64,000 bases of DNA from Mytilus trossulus (Eukaryota). The stretch spans positions 8,370,001 to 8,434,000 of the forward strand of contig NC_086380.1 in the NCBI RefSeq assembly GCF_036588685.1, read 5' to 3'. Within the stretch, counting starts at the first letter, position 1. Each line of letters begins with the position of its first letter. The notes beneath the pieces were generated by a model, which was given only the letters and a program-made list of their open reading frames with translations, was not told the DNA's origin and searched no databases. Shown here in pieces: positions 12,875-26,040 of the stretch. The translations under genes and the position numbers were made by a program.

Positions 12875-13043
12875 GAGGGGTGTAGGAGGGGTCCTGATCC
12901 CAAAATCCTGGGCTGAAAAACATGAAATCCTGAGGTCCCAAAATTGGAAAAAATGATTTCCTGGATCCTGAAAGGGTTAATCCCAAAATCCTGAACTAAA
13001 AAACACCAAATCCCACAGTCCCAATGAAAGTCCTATCCCCCTC
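12875..13043. mobile_element. MITE with GAGGG...CCCTC termini and 6-bp TSD (ATTATA); homologous copies 27607-27790 (TSD TTGATA) and 52571-52729 (TSD TCCCTT)
   Basis: Shared interior (gaaatcctgaggtccc...cttaaaaacacc...gtcctatcccccctc) and exact 6-bp flanking duplications read at all three copies. Confidence 0.85.
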
Positions 13044-13497
13044 ATTATATTCTGAATTTAGTATTTAAAGATCTTCAAAGGAACAAGACAACAAAGACCA
13101 TTGTCTACTTTAACTCCAGTGGCAAATACATATAATACATGTATATTCTGGACACTGAGAATTGTACCCATTGAATCTTTTACATGTATTTGTTTACAAT
13201 TGCTGTCAAGTAAACAAATTTAAATACTTTGAAGGGAATTAAAAATTTACACTAAATTTCAACCAAGGTTATCTTAAACAGCTTATTTCATTTACTAAAT
13301 TATTTAAGATCAATCGAAGGTCAATGAATCAATAAACAAGTAAATACAGCTGTATCTGATATAATATTACTGGTCAGTTAGTGACCTTTAAACTTGGATG
13401 ACCAGGTCATTATATAAAAAAAATAGGAGAAATTGAAGGCTAAATTAACAGATCTTTAACAATTTTAAGGCTAAATTAAGAGATCTTTAATAACAAT

Positions 13498-13776
13498 GGA
13501 CCTTAAGGCATGGGAGATGGATAAAATTGGGCTAATAAAATTTAAAAAAAAAGTCATATAAAAGAGTTGATGTGGATTTTCAATTAAGCAAGATACATGT
13601 AGCTTTAAAATTGATTGATTTTGAAGTTGGAATTCAAGTAAAAATTACAGATTTATAACAACAAAGGACCTTGAGACATGGGAGATGGATAAAATTGGGC
13701 TAATAAAATTAAAAAAGTCATATAATGGAGTTGATGTGACTTATCAATTAAGCAAGCTATCTTTAAAATTGATTGT
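13498..13776. repeat. Local direct duplication, ~168-bp period
   Basis: ggacctt...catgggagatggataaaattgggctaataaaatt at 13498 and 13666. Confidence 0.8.
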
Positions 13777-14639
13777 TTTAAAAACTAAGATCTGTTTTAA
13801 AAAATTCTAATTGCCAACACTACAGAATTTACAACCCATTAAGCTTATTATAACATTATGTAGAAAGTCTATCACTATGATTATCTAAACTTTAAACATT
13901 GTCAAATATATATGTAAATTGTCAGCCTATGACACTGGAAAATATTTCTTTAAGAAAATTTCAACTTAAGGTTGATGCAAATAATTCTGTAAGCACTTTC
14001 ATGTGAAAGAAAACTTAACTTTTTGTTGTAATAAATGTACAGTGTATAATATTTCTGAGACGGAATTTAACTTTTGGTTGTGAAAAATATTTCTGCAAGC
14101 ATATTCAGATTTTGACAGGTAACAATATAAGAATATGTTCTATGAAAGCCAATGAGACAATTCTCAATCCATATCACAAATTTTTAAAAGTAAACCATTA
14201 ATTATAGGTCAAAGTACGGCCTTAAACACAGAGCATTGAGCTTGTACAATGTTGTATATCCTTTTAATTTAAATCTCGACTTGGGACTCTTTAACCTTTT
14301 TAGGTCTAACATCATTGGAGAAACAAGATAATCTTGAGAGTTAAGCATGTAAAGCACAGCAATCATTAATAGCCCTTGTCCATATGATGACAATTGAATA
14401 CAAGCAAGACTTCCTTATCTATGTGTTATTGCTAATTGAGACACCTTACCACCCAACACCAAATGACATAGAAGTTAACAAAAACATGTATAGGTAAATA
14501 AATGGCCTTCAAAAATGAGCAAAACCCATACCTATGTCTATAGTACATATTTTAAGCATTTCATAGATTCAATCACATTCTCTTACAATCATCAAAATAT
14601 AACTGTGTATATATATAAATAACTGAACTAACAGATAAA

Positions 14640-17629
14640 TCAAAATATAAAAGACAGTTTGTATGTAAATTTTGGACATGTTTGTCCATGATAATAACGA
14701 CATTTTCTTTTTGTTTCATGTGGTTTTAAGTTAAATCCTTCCTCTAAATAATCATTCTCTAGACATCTTATGAACATTTCTTCATCTGTATCACCCTCCC
14801 AAGGTCCAACTTTAATATGAGCTAGTTCCGCAACACATCCATGTTTTGGATTAAAGTTCGGAGCTTTTGCCACAAATTCAGTTTTGAACATATTAATTAT
14901 TATCTCCCCTGTTCTAGAAGTAATAGCATGATCCATTGCTATTTTCACAATATTTTGTTTTACAGCAAAATAATTCGGAAAGAGTTGTCTGTGAGCTTCT
15001 TTAACATGCATGGCGGCAATGTCAGGCTTAAATTGTAACTGCTCAACTAGTTCATGTAAGCCAAAATAGTTGGCATCTTTGAACACACTTACAGCAACCT
15101 CATTAGGTGGAATTGTTCCATTTCTTAAGAAATCTAAAATGTTAGCAAATATATGTCCATTGCTATCTAGAAAATAATTCCCATATTCATCTTTGTCAAC
15201 AATATGTCTTCCGCTAAACATGGCTGCCAGCATTGAATCTTCATATTTTCGCAATGTTGACAATCTAGTTATGTATTTAATGCCGCCAACATTTAATGGA
15301 ATCACAGGGGGAAACATCCTATCTCCATGTTCATGGTTCTTTTGAACATTCTGAAAAAAAATGTGTACGGAAATCAATGTTTTAATAGCTGTATTGAGTA
15401 TAATAGTCCACCCTTAAAAAAATAACTTCAGCAAGTTTTTGATTCCAGATACATGTACATGTAGAACAGTTACTAGAACTAATATGGAGTTTACTACTTA
15501 TAACATATTCAGCCTGGTCATGCTGGTAGATACACTTGTACCTAGAGTTTATTATTTCTCCCATACAAGTAAATGAAATTTATACCATACTGTCTTTGAA
15601 ACTTGATAAAATTATACATGTTATCCATATTTTTTTCCCATTATAAATTCAATTTCTATGAATATCTTGCATGTAGCTCATTTTTTAACATCAATCCTAC
15701 AATTATATGTAGTGGGTCCCATTGGGGTTTTAAAGTGACACAGGATTGACAATTTTTTGAAAGCGTGACACATGAAAGTCAAATTGTTGTGCCATGAAAA
15801 CAGGAAATGAAGTCCAGGGGGATAAATAATTTGGGAGATATCAATCTTTGATTTCTACTGCGATTTATTTTGGTTCACTCAGGGACATAATATTAGTATA
15901 CTTTTCTCAGACTTAATGCTTTTTTATAAAATATCAAGAAGATTACAAAAAAAAATTGTCATTCTTCAAACTTAAGTGCAGTCTTTGTAAGAATCAGGCA
16001 ATTTAGGGAAAAATCAAAACATGATCAGAAAAAACCCACCGAGCTAATCATGCTATTTAATACTAACCATCGTCCTCAAGTTAAAAATAATAGGTCTTTC
16101 TTTTGTGTGTGTCTGGTAATATCAAATAACTTGGTTAGAAAATTGGTTAGAATGATAGCAAATTATAGCAAATTACAGAGTTATCTCCCCTTATTCATTA
16201 ATTTCTAGTGCATTTCAACCAAATTGTATCTTCTTATACCAGAACAGATAATGGAAATAAATGTTATTTTTGTGCATAACTACATTTTATGAACTGAAAT
16301 CAATGTCAAATTGGGTGGGATTTTTTGGTCATGTTTTCACCACTGACTGATTCTTAGGCAGACTGGCACTTAATTGTTAAACAGTGATATTACCATGATT
16401 ACATATTTACAATGTCAACCAATTTCTGAACTTATTCTAAAAGAAAATTTTACCCGTAATCATGATTTCTTACTTAACTGTACTAGATATGCTACATGAC
16501 TCTTAAACTGGAATCTTTTATTACGCTCAGTGGCGGATGCAGATATTTTCGAAAGGGGGGGTGCAAAACATATGTCCCGATTCAAATGCATTGATCGGCC
16601 AAAATAAAGGGGGGGTGCACACCCCCGGAACCCCCCCCCCTCTGGATCCGCCACTGACGCTCCACTCAATGAACAAAGTGTAGCAGTCAGTTGAGCTTAT
16701 ATTTGAACATGACTCTATCAAATCCTGGACAATATGATAAAGCTCAGATGCATACCCAGGGGGTTGGGATGGTTAGCAAAATGGTTGGAACCTACATGTA
16801 CAGGTATCCCTTTTATTACGATCAATGAATGGGGACATATGATTTGAACCCCTTTGAAAAATTATAAAACCGCTTAAGAAGATAGGGCTTGAAAAAAGTG
16901 AACATTTTTTTTTACTAGAAACAATAATCAGCATTTTATCTTTAACTTTAAAAATATTTAAACTCAATGTTCAATCACATTGTCCATGTTGTCTAAACTC
17001 ATCAAAATACAATTAATTTAATAGATATTTTTTTCTTTTTTTTCTTTTTTTCTTTTATAGTCTTTATATTCAAGGTACATGTTGTTTGTACACATGTATT
17101 AAGATGCAATAAATTCATGAAATATATGATTTCAATTAAGAATACCCATTGGAAATTCAATTACTATTAAAATTCTTTTTATAAAGCACAATGTAACAAC
17201 ACTTATGTAAATTGTTTCTAGAAAAGTGATCAAAAGTATCATAAAAATGAAATTCAATAAAAAAACGATTTACATTATACCAGTATGAGGATAAATTATC
17301 AGATTGAATTTTCTATATATTACATCTGAATTTACCATGCTTAAAAATGTACTTTATAAAAATAATTCTAAAATACGAGTATTCACAGAATGTCTGCAGT
17401 TTTATATTTAACTGTATTAACATACCACATTATTTTCATTCATATAATTATTCCGTGTTAAGCTTAATTCAGAAATTTGTCTTGGAATTTCATGTCCCTG
17501 TGTGACAGATCTTCTGACATCTGTGTTGACGATTCTTGAGGGATGCGGTTTAGGTTGGATAGGTTTAAGTTGTATGTCTTCCATTGAGTCAGAAGACTCA
17601 CAGTCACTATTGTTCGCCACACTACTCAT
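14640..17629 (-). CDS. KCTD7: BTB/POZ domain protein, KCTD7/KCTD14-like, 2 coding exons (17629-17426, 15350-14640), ~304 aa
   Basis: FPPVIPLNVGGIKYITRLSTLRKYEDSMLAAMFSGRH...YFLDSNG..F..ILDFLR is the KCTD T1-BTB signature, closest by eye to KCTD7. ATG at 17629, donor GTG|gtatgt, acceptor tttcag|AAT, phase 0. Confidence 0.85.
16528..16656. mobile_element. hAT-like MITE (CAGTGGCGGAT TIR) with 5-bp TSD ACGCT in the KCTD intron; related degenerate copies ~22889-23015, ~25171-25297, ~31097-31184
   Basis: acgct|cagtggcggatgcag...ctggatccgccactg|acgct. Confidence 0.8.
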
Positions 17630-17873
17630 TGTAAGGCATGGCACCCATTCAAGTCCTCAAGAAAGTGAATGTTTGTTATTCCGGAATTCAATAAACAAGC
17701 ACCTGTTATTTACTGGTTCCTTGTCCAATCATAGGTTCTCACTCGCTAACTCTCAAATCGTACCAGTTTATTGACGTTCGAAGATCTCGTACTTTTTCAT
17801 CATAATATATTTGCCCAAGGAAGTAAGTTATCATTTTATGGGCGTTCTCTAGCTTTTACATAAGGATTTGATT
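17630..17873. promoter_or_regulatory. Probable bidirectional promoter/5' UTR region shared by the KCTD7-like and phosphatase genes
   Basis: Divergent ATGs only 244 bp apart; CCAATC at ~17725 and TTCCGG (ETS-like) at ~17679. Confidence 0.6.
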
Positions 17874-20800
17874 ATGGCGTCTGCAAATTCCGATAGGGTG
17901 TGTATTCACAATTGGAGAGTTCTATGTCACGGTAAATCAAAACAAGGAAATGGAAGACACGGCTCAATTTACAGGTCATCTAGGCCTGATCTTATGGACC
18001 CTCTCGACTTAGAAGAATTCAAGAAACATGGTATTAAATGCATTATTGATTTGAGATCGGATAAAGATTATGAAATAGCGTCTGGATCCAAAGTCCTCGA
18101 CAACTATTATAAGCTATACAAAGTGGTTCTACCGAAATCCAACTGTTATAAGCAACAGGAACCTGTAATTTGCCAAGCCATTGAAGGGAAAAAGAAGAAA
18201 AAGGCAAAGGGACCAGCAACCGAAATTTTGGAAAAGAAACATTTTCTTATAAATTTCTTTACTAGTGCATACACATCAACATTATTCAAAAGAGCGCCGT
18301 GGTATATTCAACTAATATCTCTTTTTATTGCAATATTTGACTTCATATTTAGAACGGGCTTTAAAAATTTCGTGCGTTTATTTGCAGTAACTGTTATAAA
18401 TCGTGCAGGGATAGCAGCTTCTTATTTAGATATTGCTGAAATGAGTAAAGGAGGAATATGTGCTGGTAAGTAATGTGTATATCGTGGAATACACAAATAT
18501 CGTTATCGTCCTCCCCATCCTCCTCCTCTTCGTCATCAGGCCTCCTCCTCATCATCGTCGTCGTCATCATCGTTATCATCGTCGTCGTCATCATCGTCAC
18601 TGTCGTTATCATCATCATCCATATCCAACTAAGTTAGACATCACGTGACTTTTGTGACGTATAATAGACGCCATCTTGTATTATATTTCCCCATATAAAA
18701 TGCATATATGCTTCAATAAAGTTTAATTTTATCATAAACCTGATCCGTTTTCTTACTTTTGCAAATCAATCCTTGATATTCAAACATATTTCTATTAAAC
18801 AATGTTGGTCCTAACAGTTTAATTTTTGATTAAATTCGGTCAAATCGGAATCGTAAAACATGCACTTTTTCTCGTCATTTCTCCGTTGACGCAATGCTAA
18901 ATTACCGATACCCATGTCTACATTTACAACAAATAAAGAAATTCTGTAAATAAAACACAAACTTTGCAAATCGATTTAGTATATTCAAACATATAGCTAG
19001 CAAGGAATACTACTTAAAACAGTTTAATTTCAGGGCAACTTCGGTCAAACATCGAATTAAAAAAGGGAATTTTCCGAAATTTTTCAAAATGGCGGCTGAT
19101 GTATCATATGAAAATGTTGCATCCAATGATTTCTATAGGAAGACTTTCCTAGATTATATTTAATTTTTTATAAAGAATCTCTGATGTTTCTGTTATTTTC
19201 TTTTAGTGATATTTCGATATCATTGATTTCAAAATTTCTTAATAAAAAAAATATTTGAAGTGTGACACGGGAACATTTATTTTGACAGATATTCATCCAG
19301 GAGATACTGTTACCAGAAAATAGTTTACAAAATCTATAATAAAAAAATCTCTTCTTTTTTTAAAGGTGTTTTGCAAGTTTTCTGTATATTTTATTTTTCT
19401 TTAGAAATATATTTATACATTCCTTTTAGAACAAAAAATAATTTCATCCTGAGAGAAGAAAAAAACCCAATGACCTATTAAAATAGATAAATATTCTATA
19501 CCTTTAAAATTTCATTCCTTGACCGAACAGGTGAAATCTAACTTGGGTTATAATGTTACATCATAATATATTGTCAGGTAGACGTGCAAACCAAAAGCAA
19601 CCAGGTGACATTCAACATCCTGTCAGTGTGTATACATGTATTACCAGAGTTTAAATTTTGTGATATACAAAAGTTTTCATAAATGTACAAATGAATATCT
19701 TCTCCTTCCCGTGTCAAATCAGAAAAAGTATGTTTTATAATAAACTTTAGGAAAATATAAATATGATAAAAATTTCTTTAAAAAACTATTTTTTGCCTAA
19801 AAGGCATTCAAATATATATATATGTTTCTATAATTATTTCAAAGAAATATTCTGATTCAAATTTTAATTCAAATGAATTTCGATCATTGCATATGATTTA
19901 GTTGTAATTTATTTTTTAATTCAATATTTAAAGATAAATCCAGGCAATGAATCGATATAAAGTTTAAATTGTGTTAAATTTTTTTTTTATTGTATACATT
20001 CCAACAGAGACTTATAATACGATTGGTCTGGTTTTAACAATATTGTATACCCGATAATATCTCTCGACAGAGTTATCGGTCCTGAATAGGACTGATATAG
20101 TTGGGTATGGTTTTCGTAATCGTCATCATTACCGTCTTCAATCATCGTGTTTATTACCATTATCATCGTAGTCGACGTCATCATCGTAATAATTATCGCC
20201 ATCGTCTTCATCATTATCGTCATCTTCACCATCATCATGACCACTCATCATTTTCAGCATCATCGCTGACATCGTATTCATCATATCAGAATTAACTTAT
20301 GCGACCAGTTTCCAATGTTTTTTTCTTCTATTTTACTTGTATTTGGAATCAGTGTAGACTTAATCATAGTGGAGGGGGAGGACAGGGGGTACCCTTCTCC
20401 CACCCCTCTTCTCCTTTCTCCTCAGTACCCCTCTTCTTATTTTTTTTTTTTTCATTTACCGGAAAAAAGAGAGATATTTTATTTTTTCATATTTTATTTT
20501 TTCCTCCAACTTTTTCTTCTTTCTCCCAGCCTTCCTCTCCTTTCTCCTACCCCCTTTCTCCCTGTCTCCCTTACCCCTGTCCTCCCCCTCATAGTGATAT
20601 TATATACATTTATTTCCCGTGTCTGAGGGAGATATGAAGATTTGTTTAACCAAGAAAAATCATATTTCACGATTGGTCCCTAAGTTGTCACACGAGAATA
20701 AGTATCATACACGACTTGGGGACGTTTCTTTGTTAAATGTAGTTTTATATGGTTTGGAGGTTCTCCATTTCGCTTAAATGATGAACTACTCCCATTTTGC

Positions 20801-23557
20801 AGCATAGTGAGTATTCTGCAAATTGTTGTACAGTTGGTACTAAGTCAACAATTCTGGGATACAGGTACATGTATCTCACAATAAACGTTTCTGACATAAC
20901 AAAAAAAATTTGATTTTAATTGGTCCATTTATCATTCTTGAGTTTGCTGCAGTGGATAAATAAGCCCCTGCCTAGGGAACGTTCATATTAACTTTGTTAT
21001 TGTATCAGATCCAAGTCATCTAATGTGACGATTTTTTGTAAGCACTCAGTTTTCTCGTGGATGCAGTTCATTAAGCTGTTACAATCTTAGAACTTTGTGC
21101 CAAGGAACACTGACAATGTACTTTATCGAGTCACTAAGAAGCTGATTTTGCTTCAGTTGTCGTGGAGAAGTTCAAAATGTTATAGAAAATGGAACAACGA
21201 TTGCATGCAGAAGTTCACTGACTTATAGCAATAATAATATGTGGTTTGTCTATGGTATGATTATCAATGATCAGCTCTCCACCAGAAACCAAATACGTTT
21301 GTTATTAAACTAATCGGGACGGATTAACAGGGGAGGGCTGTTATGGGAACAAAAACATAGTCACTGCCTTGGCATGTTCAAATGATTGTCGTGAATGTAC
21401 ACTAAGAAGCTAATTTTGCTTCAGTCATGTCAGTTGTCGTGGAGAAGTTCATAATGTTATAGCACGGGATCGAACTCACGTGGTTTAAAAGGTGCTGTTT
21501 GTTGCAGTATTATTTATGCATATTTTTTTAATTCATAGTCATGTCTTTCATACTGAAAATGAGGTGTTGTTTTTTCGATATTCCAGGACTTAAACTTTTA
21601 ACGGATAAAAACAACATGCCTGCGATGATCAACTGTGCGCATGGCAAAGACAGAACGGGTATTTTGTCAGCAATGGTTTTATCTGTGTTAGGAGAAACTG
21701 AGGAAAATATCATAACAGATTACGCTCTATCACAGGTACATCCTTATGACTAATGTATATATATTAGTAACTAAACGTCCATGGTTCATTAACAAACAGA
21801 CTCGACTGGAAGATGTAAAAAATAGTCATTGGCATTTTGCTAATAAACTTGTGCAATTTGTAAGTAAGTAATACATACTTTGAATCGAGGTTTAAGTTCA
21901 ATGCAAAAATATTGTGTAAACTATCATTCATTGATTGTTGGTTGCTTAACATCTCAGCGGCAAATATTTCATTTTTACCCAGGAAGATTGAAATTAAGAA
22001 TTTCCGATTCGATCTTGGCCAACGCAGAGATAACTACTTCTTGAGGTACGATGATAGTCCATCGGAAGGGGACAAGAATGGCTGGCCCCTGTTAAGAGAG
22101 AGCCACCCATATCTCTAAACTGGTCCGCCGTTCCTTCTATAGCTTTGCACCGAAGTCTTGCGATAAGTGAACACAACAGGGGTCCAGTTTAATACCATAT
22201 CTCTTTCACGTAAAAGACGTCCTTGTAGATTTCGAAAAGGTACAGGCTAAGGTAGCACTCGCACCTGCAAAGTGGAAAATAGATCAGTATAAGTTGCAAT
22301 AAGTTAATTGCTTCCCAATCCACTATAAATAAATATGCTTAAACTAACCAATCCACTTTCAATAAATATGCTTAAACTAACTTAGTAACTTCTGTACAAT
22401 AAATCTGTCATACAAATAATATTTATAATAGCACAGCGTCGATGAACGCAAAATTTCAGTATAGCATATACACGGCATATGCATTTTGACGTGTACCCGA
22501 TATTTGAATTCGCTTACCACATCTTAAATTATTAAGGCATCATGTAGCCTCGGAAAAATATGTGCAGCGAAGAAATATGTATCCAAAATTCTTGTTAACG
22601 AAATAAGCGTATATATATCGTGCATACAACGTTGTCCCCTCATCATTTCAATTGATTGGTATACTTTTATGAATACTTTGTAATTTTGCATTCTGAATCT
22701 TTAGGAAGGACTTCTACCCATCAGAGATCGAGTATTTAAGGAGGTTGTAGAAAAATATTACTGGGATAAATCGTTCTGTGATGCAAACCCAGAGAACATG
22801 AGAATGTTGTTAAATTACTTAAATAAAACGTAAGTTTGCATATATATGTCTCTGTTTTTTGTAACTTTAAATTGGTTTCGTTCTCATGCAGAAGCGGATT
22901 TAGGGGGGGGGGGGGTGCTTTTTGGGAAAACATTTGGTTGCTTATATAGGGAATCACTGAAGCGTGATTGGGGCGGGCCCGGTCTCCACTTATGAAAATT
23001 TCTAGATCCGCCAGTGTCAAGAAATTGATGCTGCAGTAGAAAAACAATGAAATTAGTTTCCTGACTTCTGTAACAATGTTATTACAGCAATGACAATGTA
23101 AAAATGTAATGACATCAGTGACAATGTAAAAATGTTATTACACCAATGCCAATGTAAAAATGTAATTACATCAATGACAATGTCAAAATATTATTACATC
23201 AATGACTATGTAGACAATTTGATTGAAATTAATCATATGACATTAAGAATAAATTAATTTTTTTTAAATATGTTTTTGGGCTTAGCCATTTCCAAATATC
23301 TTAGCATGACTATCCCATTTTGAAATATCAGAAATAGTTGCTATACTCAAAATAATTTGGAGATATTGAATATTATGTCAATATTTTAATGATACTGCAT
23401 GTAAAATATATATATATATATATATACCTCCTTCAAGTATTTTATTATTAAGTTAAACAATTTTAGGTATGGTTCAGTAAAAGATTATTTAGTTTCCATT
23501 GGATTCAGTGAAGAAGAACAAGAAATACTTAGAAAGAACTTACTGGAACATGAATAG
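17874..23557 (+). CDS. PtpB/IphP-like (Y_phosphatase3 family) protein/lipid phosphatase, 4 exons (17874-18465, 21587-21735, 22705-22829, 23467-23557), ~318 aa
   Basis: Motifs NWR, IYRSSRPD, GIKCIIDLRS, P-loop NCAHGKDRTG (CX5R), DYALS, YGSVKDYL..IG. All introns are GT-AG with consistent phases (1,0,2); TAG at 23555-23557. Confidence 0.88.
18500..18618. repeat. Degenerate (CAT/CGT/CCT)n trinucleotide microsatellite; continues at 20111-20285
   Basis: Visible catcatcgtcgtcgtcat runs on both sides of the 18619-20110 insertion. Confidence 0.85.
18619..20110. mobile_element. ~1.5-kb non-autonomous TIR element inserted in the microsatellite of phosphatase intron 1
   Basis: 13-bp TIR ccatatccaacta / tagttgggtatgg (1 mismatch); internal ~205-bp-period direct repeat at ~18757 and ~18962; no coding capacity. 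Confidence 0.65.
20372..20590. mobile_element. MITE with 17-bp perfect TIR (GAGGGGGAGGACAGGGG) and 6-bp TSD ATAGTG
   Basis: atagtg|gagggggaggacagggg...cccctgtcctccccctc|atagtg. Confidence 0.85.
22150..22382 (+). mobile_element. SINE fragment (Meta-like central domain plus CR1-like 3' tail), tail partly duplicated
   Basis: cacgtaaaaga...ttcgaaaag core followed by ttcccaatccactataaataaatatgcttaaactaa; the tail is homologous to 1484-1570. Confidence 0.45.
23070..23215. repeat. ~28-bp minisatellite (caatgacaatgtaaaaatgt(a)attacat) x5
   Basis: Directly visible tandem units. Confidence 0.8.
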
Positions 23558-24103
23558 TGATGTATACTGTATGTTTGCTAGAATATTTCTAGTCATTGTA
23601 TATATATATTAGTAGTATTGTAAAAGCATGTTATTACCTCCATATATGAAGTATATAAATTTTCCACTTTTTTTATCAAATGATCTCGGAGGAGGGTCAT
23701 CCCAAAACAGGGAAATATATGCCTGCAATGCATGAGGATCTGTAAAGGGGTCCTTCAATTCTGTATTCTTAAATTTTGATGCCATTTTTCTCTATTCCTG
23801 ATCTTTTTCATTATTGTTTTGGCCAATTATTTTTAATTAAAGATGACATAGAGAGGTAGCCTTTTTTCATGCCAACAAAGTGCTACCAGAATGTTCCCCC
23901 TTGGCACAGAATAGCTGATATTTATTATTACTTTGTTCCAAAATTATATATGACTGAGATATTTTGTGAAAATATTTGAGAGGTTGGATTTTCCCCCTCA
24001 CTTTTACATTATTTCCTTTTTTTTCATTGAGTTTATCATAAGATTATTTAGAGTGGTTTTATATGAAAGCCATTATAAAATTATTGCTTAAGTTATCACT
24101 TTG

Positions 24104-24871
24104 TAGCTCACCTGGCCCACAGGGCCAAGTGAGCTTTTCTCATCACTTGGCGTCCGTTGTCGTCATCGTTAACTTTTACAAAAATCTTCTCTGAAACTAC
24201 TGGGCCAAACTGAACCAAACTTGGCCACAATCGTCATTGGGGTATCTAGTTTTTAAAATGTGTGGCGTGACCCGGCCAACCAACCAAGATGGCCGCCATG
24301 GCTAAAAATAGAACATAGGGGTAAAATGCAGTTTTTGGCAAATAACTCAAAAACAAAAGCATCTAGAGCAAATCTGACTTGGGGTTAAATTGTTTATCAG
24401 GTCAAGATCTATCTGTCTACAAATTTTCAGATTCCCTGAAATTTTCAGATTAATTGGACAACCCGTTGTTGGGTTGCTGCCCCTGAACTGGTGATTTTAA
24501 GGAAATTTTGCTGCTTTTGGTTATTATCTTGAATATTATTATAGATAGAGATAAACTTTAAAATACAATTAATGTTCGCAAAGAAAGATCTATAAATAAG
24601 TCATCATGACTGAAATGGTCAGTTGACCCCTTTAGGAGTTATTGCCCTTTATAGTCAAGTTTTAACCATTTTTTCGTAAATCTTAGTTATCTTTTACAAC
24701 AATCTTCTCCTCTGAAACTGCTAGGCCAAGTTAATTATAGAGGTTCAGTTAACTAAGATGTATAAACACATCATCACCAAAACACAATTTTGTCATGAAT
24801 CCATCTGCGTCCTTTGTTTAATATTCACATATACCAAGGTGAGCGACACAGGCTCTTTAGAGCCTCTGGTT
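24104..24871 (+). mobile_element. Helentron-associated non-autonomous element (HINE/DINE-1/pearl-like); related fragments at 1-153 and ~54695-54930
   Basis: Sub-terminal inverted repeat gctcacct / aggtgagc, 5' hairpin tggccc...gggcca, cgtc-type microsatellite, 3' hairpin aggctctttagagcct, T-rich ends. Confidence 0.75.
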
Positions 24872-25752
24872 TATTTAGAGAGAAATGAAGAGAATGGTAA
24901 ATTTTATTTGTATTAAACATTACGACGATAAGGGTTCTCTACCTACATGAAACTTCAGATGCATTAGTTCATCAGTCCTTCAATTTCGACAATAGGTAAA
25001 CAAATCTTGATCACCATACAAATTACACGGTACTAATATCCTTTCTGCAACTATCTTTGGAATGCTCAATTCATACTTTTCTCAGCAGCATATTATCAGT
25101 TTTTTTTGTATTTTTTTTGTCAGAAGGCAACAAAGTGAGACGGACAAACAGATCGGTCAAACATTTACACCTAGGGGCGGATCCAGCAACCCATAGTAAA
25201 AGGGGGGGGGGGGGGTTCCAACTATGCTCCTATTCAAATACATTGTCAAAAAAGGGGAAGGGGTTCCAACACCTGGAACCCCCCTGGATCTACCAATGAT
25301 ACCTGCCATGACCATGCTATTTGTTGTGTAATTGAAACACTATATTAACCTTAATGTGATTACAAACTTAATCAAAACTTACTTGTTTATGGTTTATAAA
25401 CTTAATATAAATCCTGGTAAATGATCATGAATGTGTATTTTTATCTACTCTTAGCTCATAGATAACATACCTTGTAAATAGAATGAGCTACTAATTCAAA
25501 AGCTATTGAAACAAATCTTATATTTTTTTATTGAAATATTTGTACATTTCTTTATTTCTCCAACAATAACCTCAGATCATAGATCAGATTAGAGTCTTAA
25601 GCTTTTTTACTGTTCATGAGGTTTTGTTGTATATACCAAATTAATATGCTGTGATATTTTTTATGTTTATTATTATTTGTTTTAGGATTTTTATTGACAA
25701 AGATTGAAACTACTTATAGTCAATAAGGTTTGTTTCACCCATCTTTATATTG

Positions 25753-25999
25753 GGCCTAAAATAAAATATTGTTTGTTTCCCCAATCCCAAACGACCCTGC
25801 AAAAACAGTGCTACTCATAAGATTTTATTGTCAAAACCAAGTCAAATATCATTTTATTCATTTCCAATTTCCTGGCTTGCCAGATTGTACGATATTGTTC
25901 AAGCTTTTTGGAAAAATAAAATTATTTTCCTACCTACCTACCCACACCTGGCTTGGCAGGGTCGGGATTGGGGAAACAAATAATATATTAATTTAGGCC
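25753..25999. mobile_element. Zator-like MITE (GGCC termini, ~35-bp TIR, TWA-like target)
   Basis: ggcctaaaataaaatattgtttgtttccccaatccc / gggattggggaaacaaataatatattaatttaggcc. Confidence 0.7.
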
Positions 26000-26040
26000 T
26001 TATGCCTTTTTTCAAGAGAAGTTCATCTCCATAATACAGG

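Noticed and set aside
16178-16193. Recurrent gagttatctccc(c)tt motif (also ~2814, ~24636, ~27830, ~45590)
   Set aside because: Also present inside the Helentron-type element, so most simply repeat debris; no evidence of a regulatory role.
18394-20295. His/Arg-rich and Met/Thr-rich ORFs (18394-18648, 19987-20295)
   Set aside because: Translations of the (CAT/CGT)n microsatellite inside an intron; no independent coding evidence.
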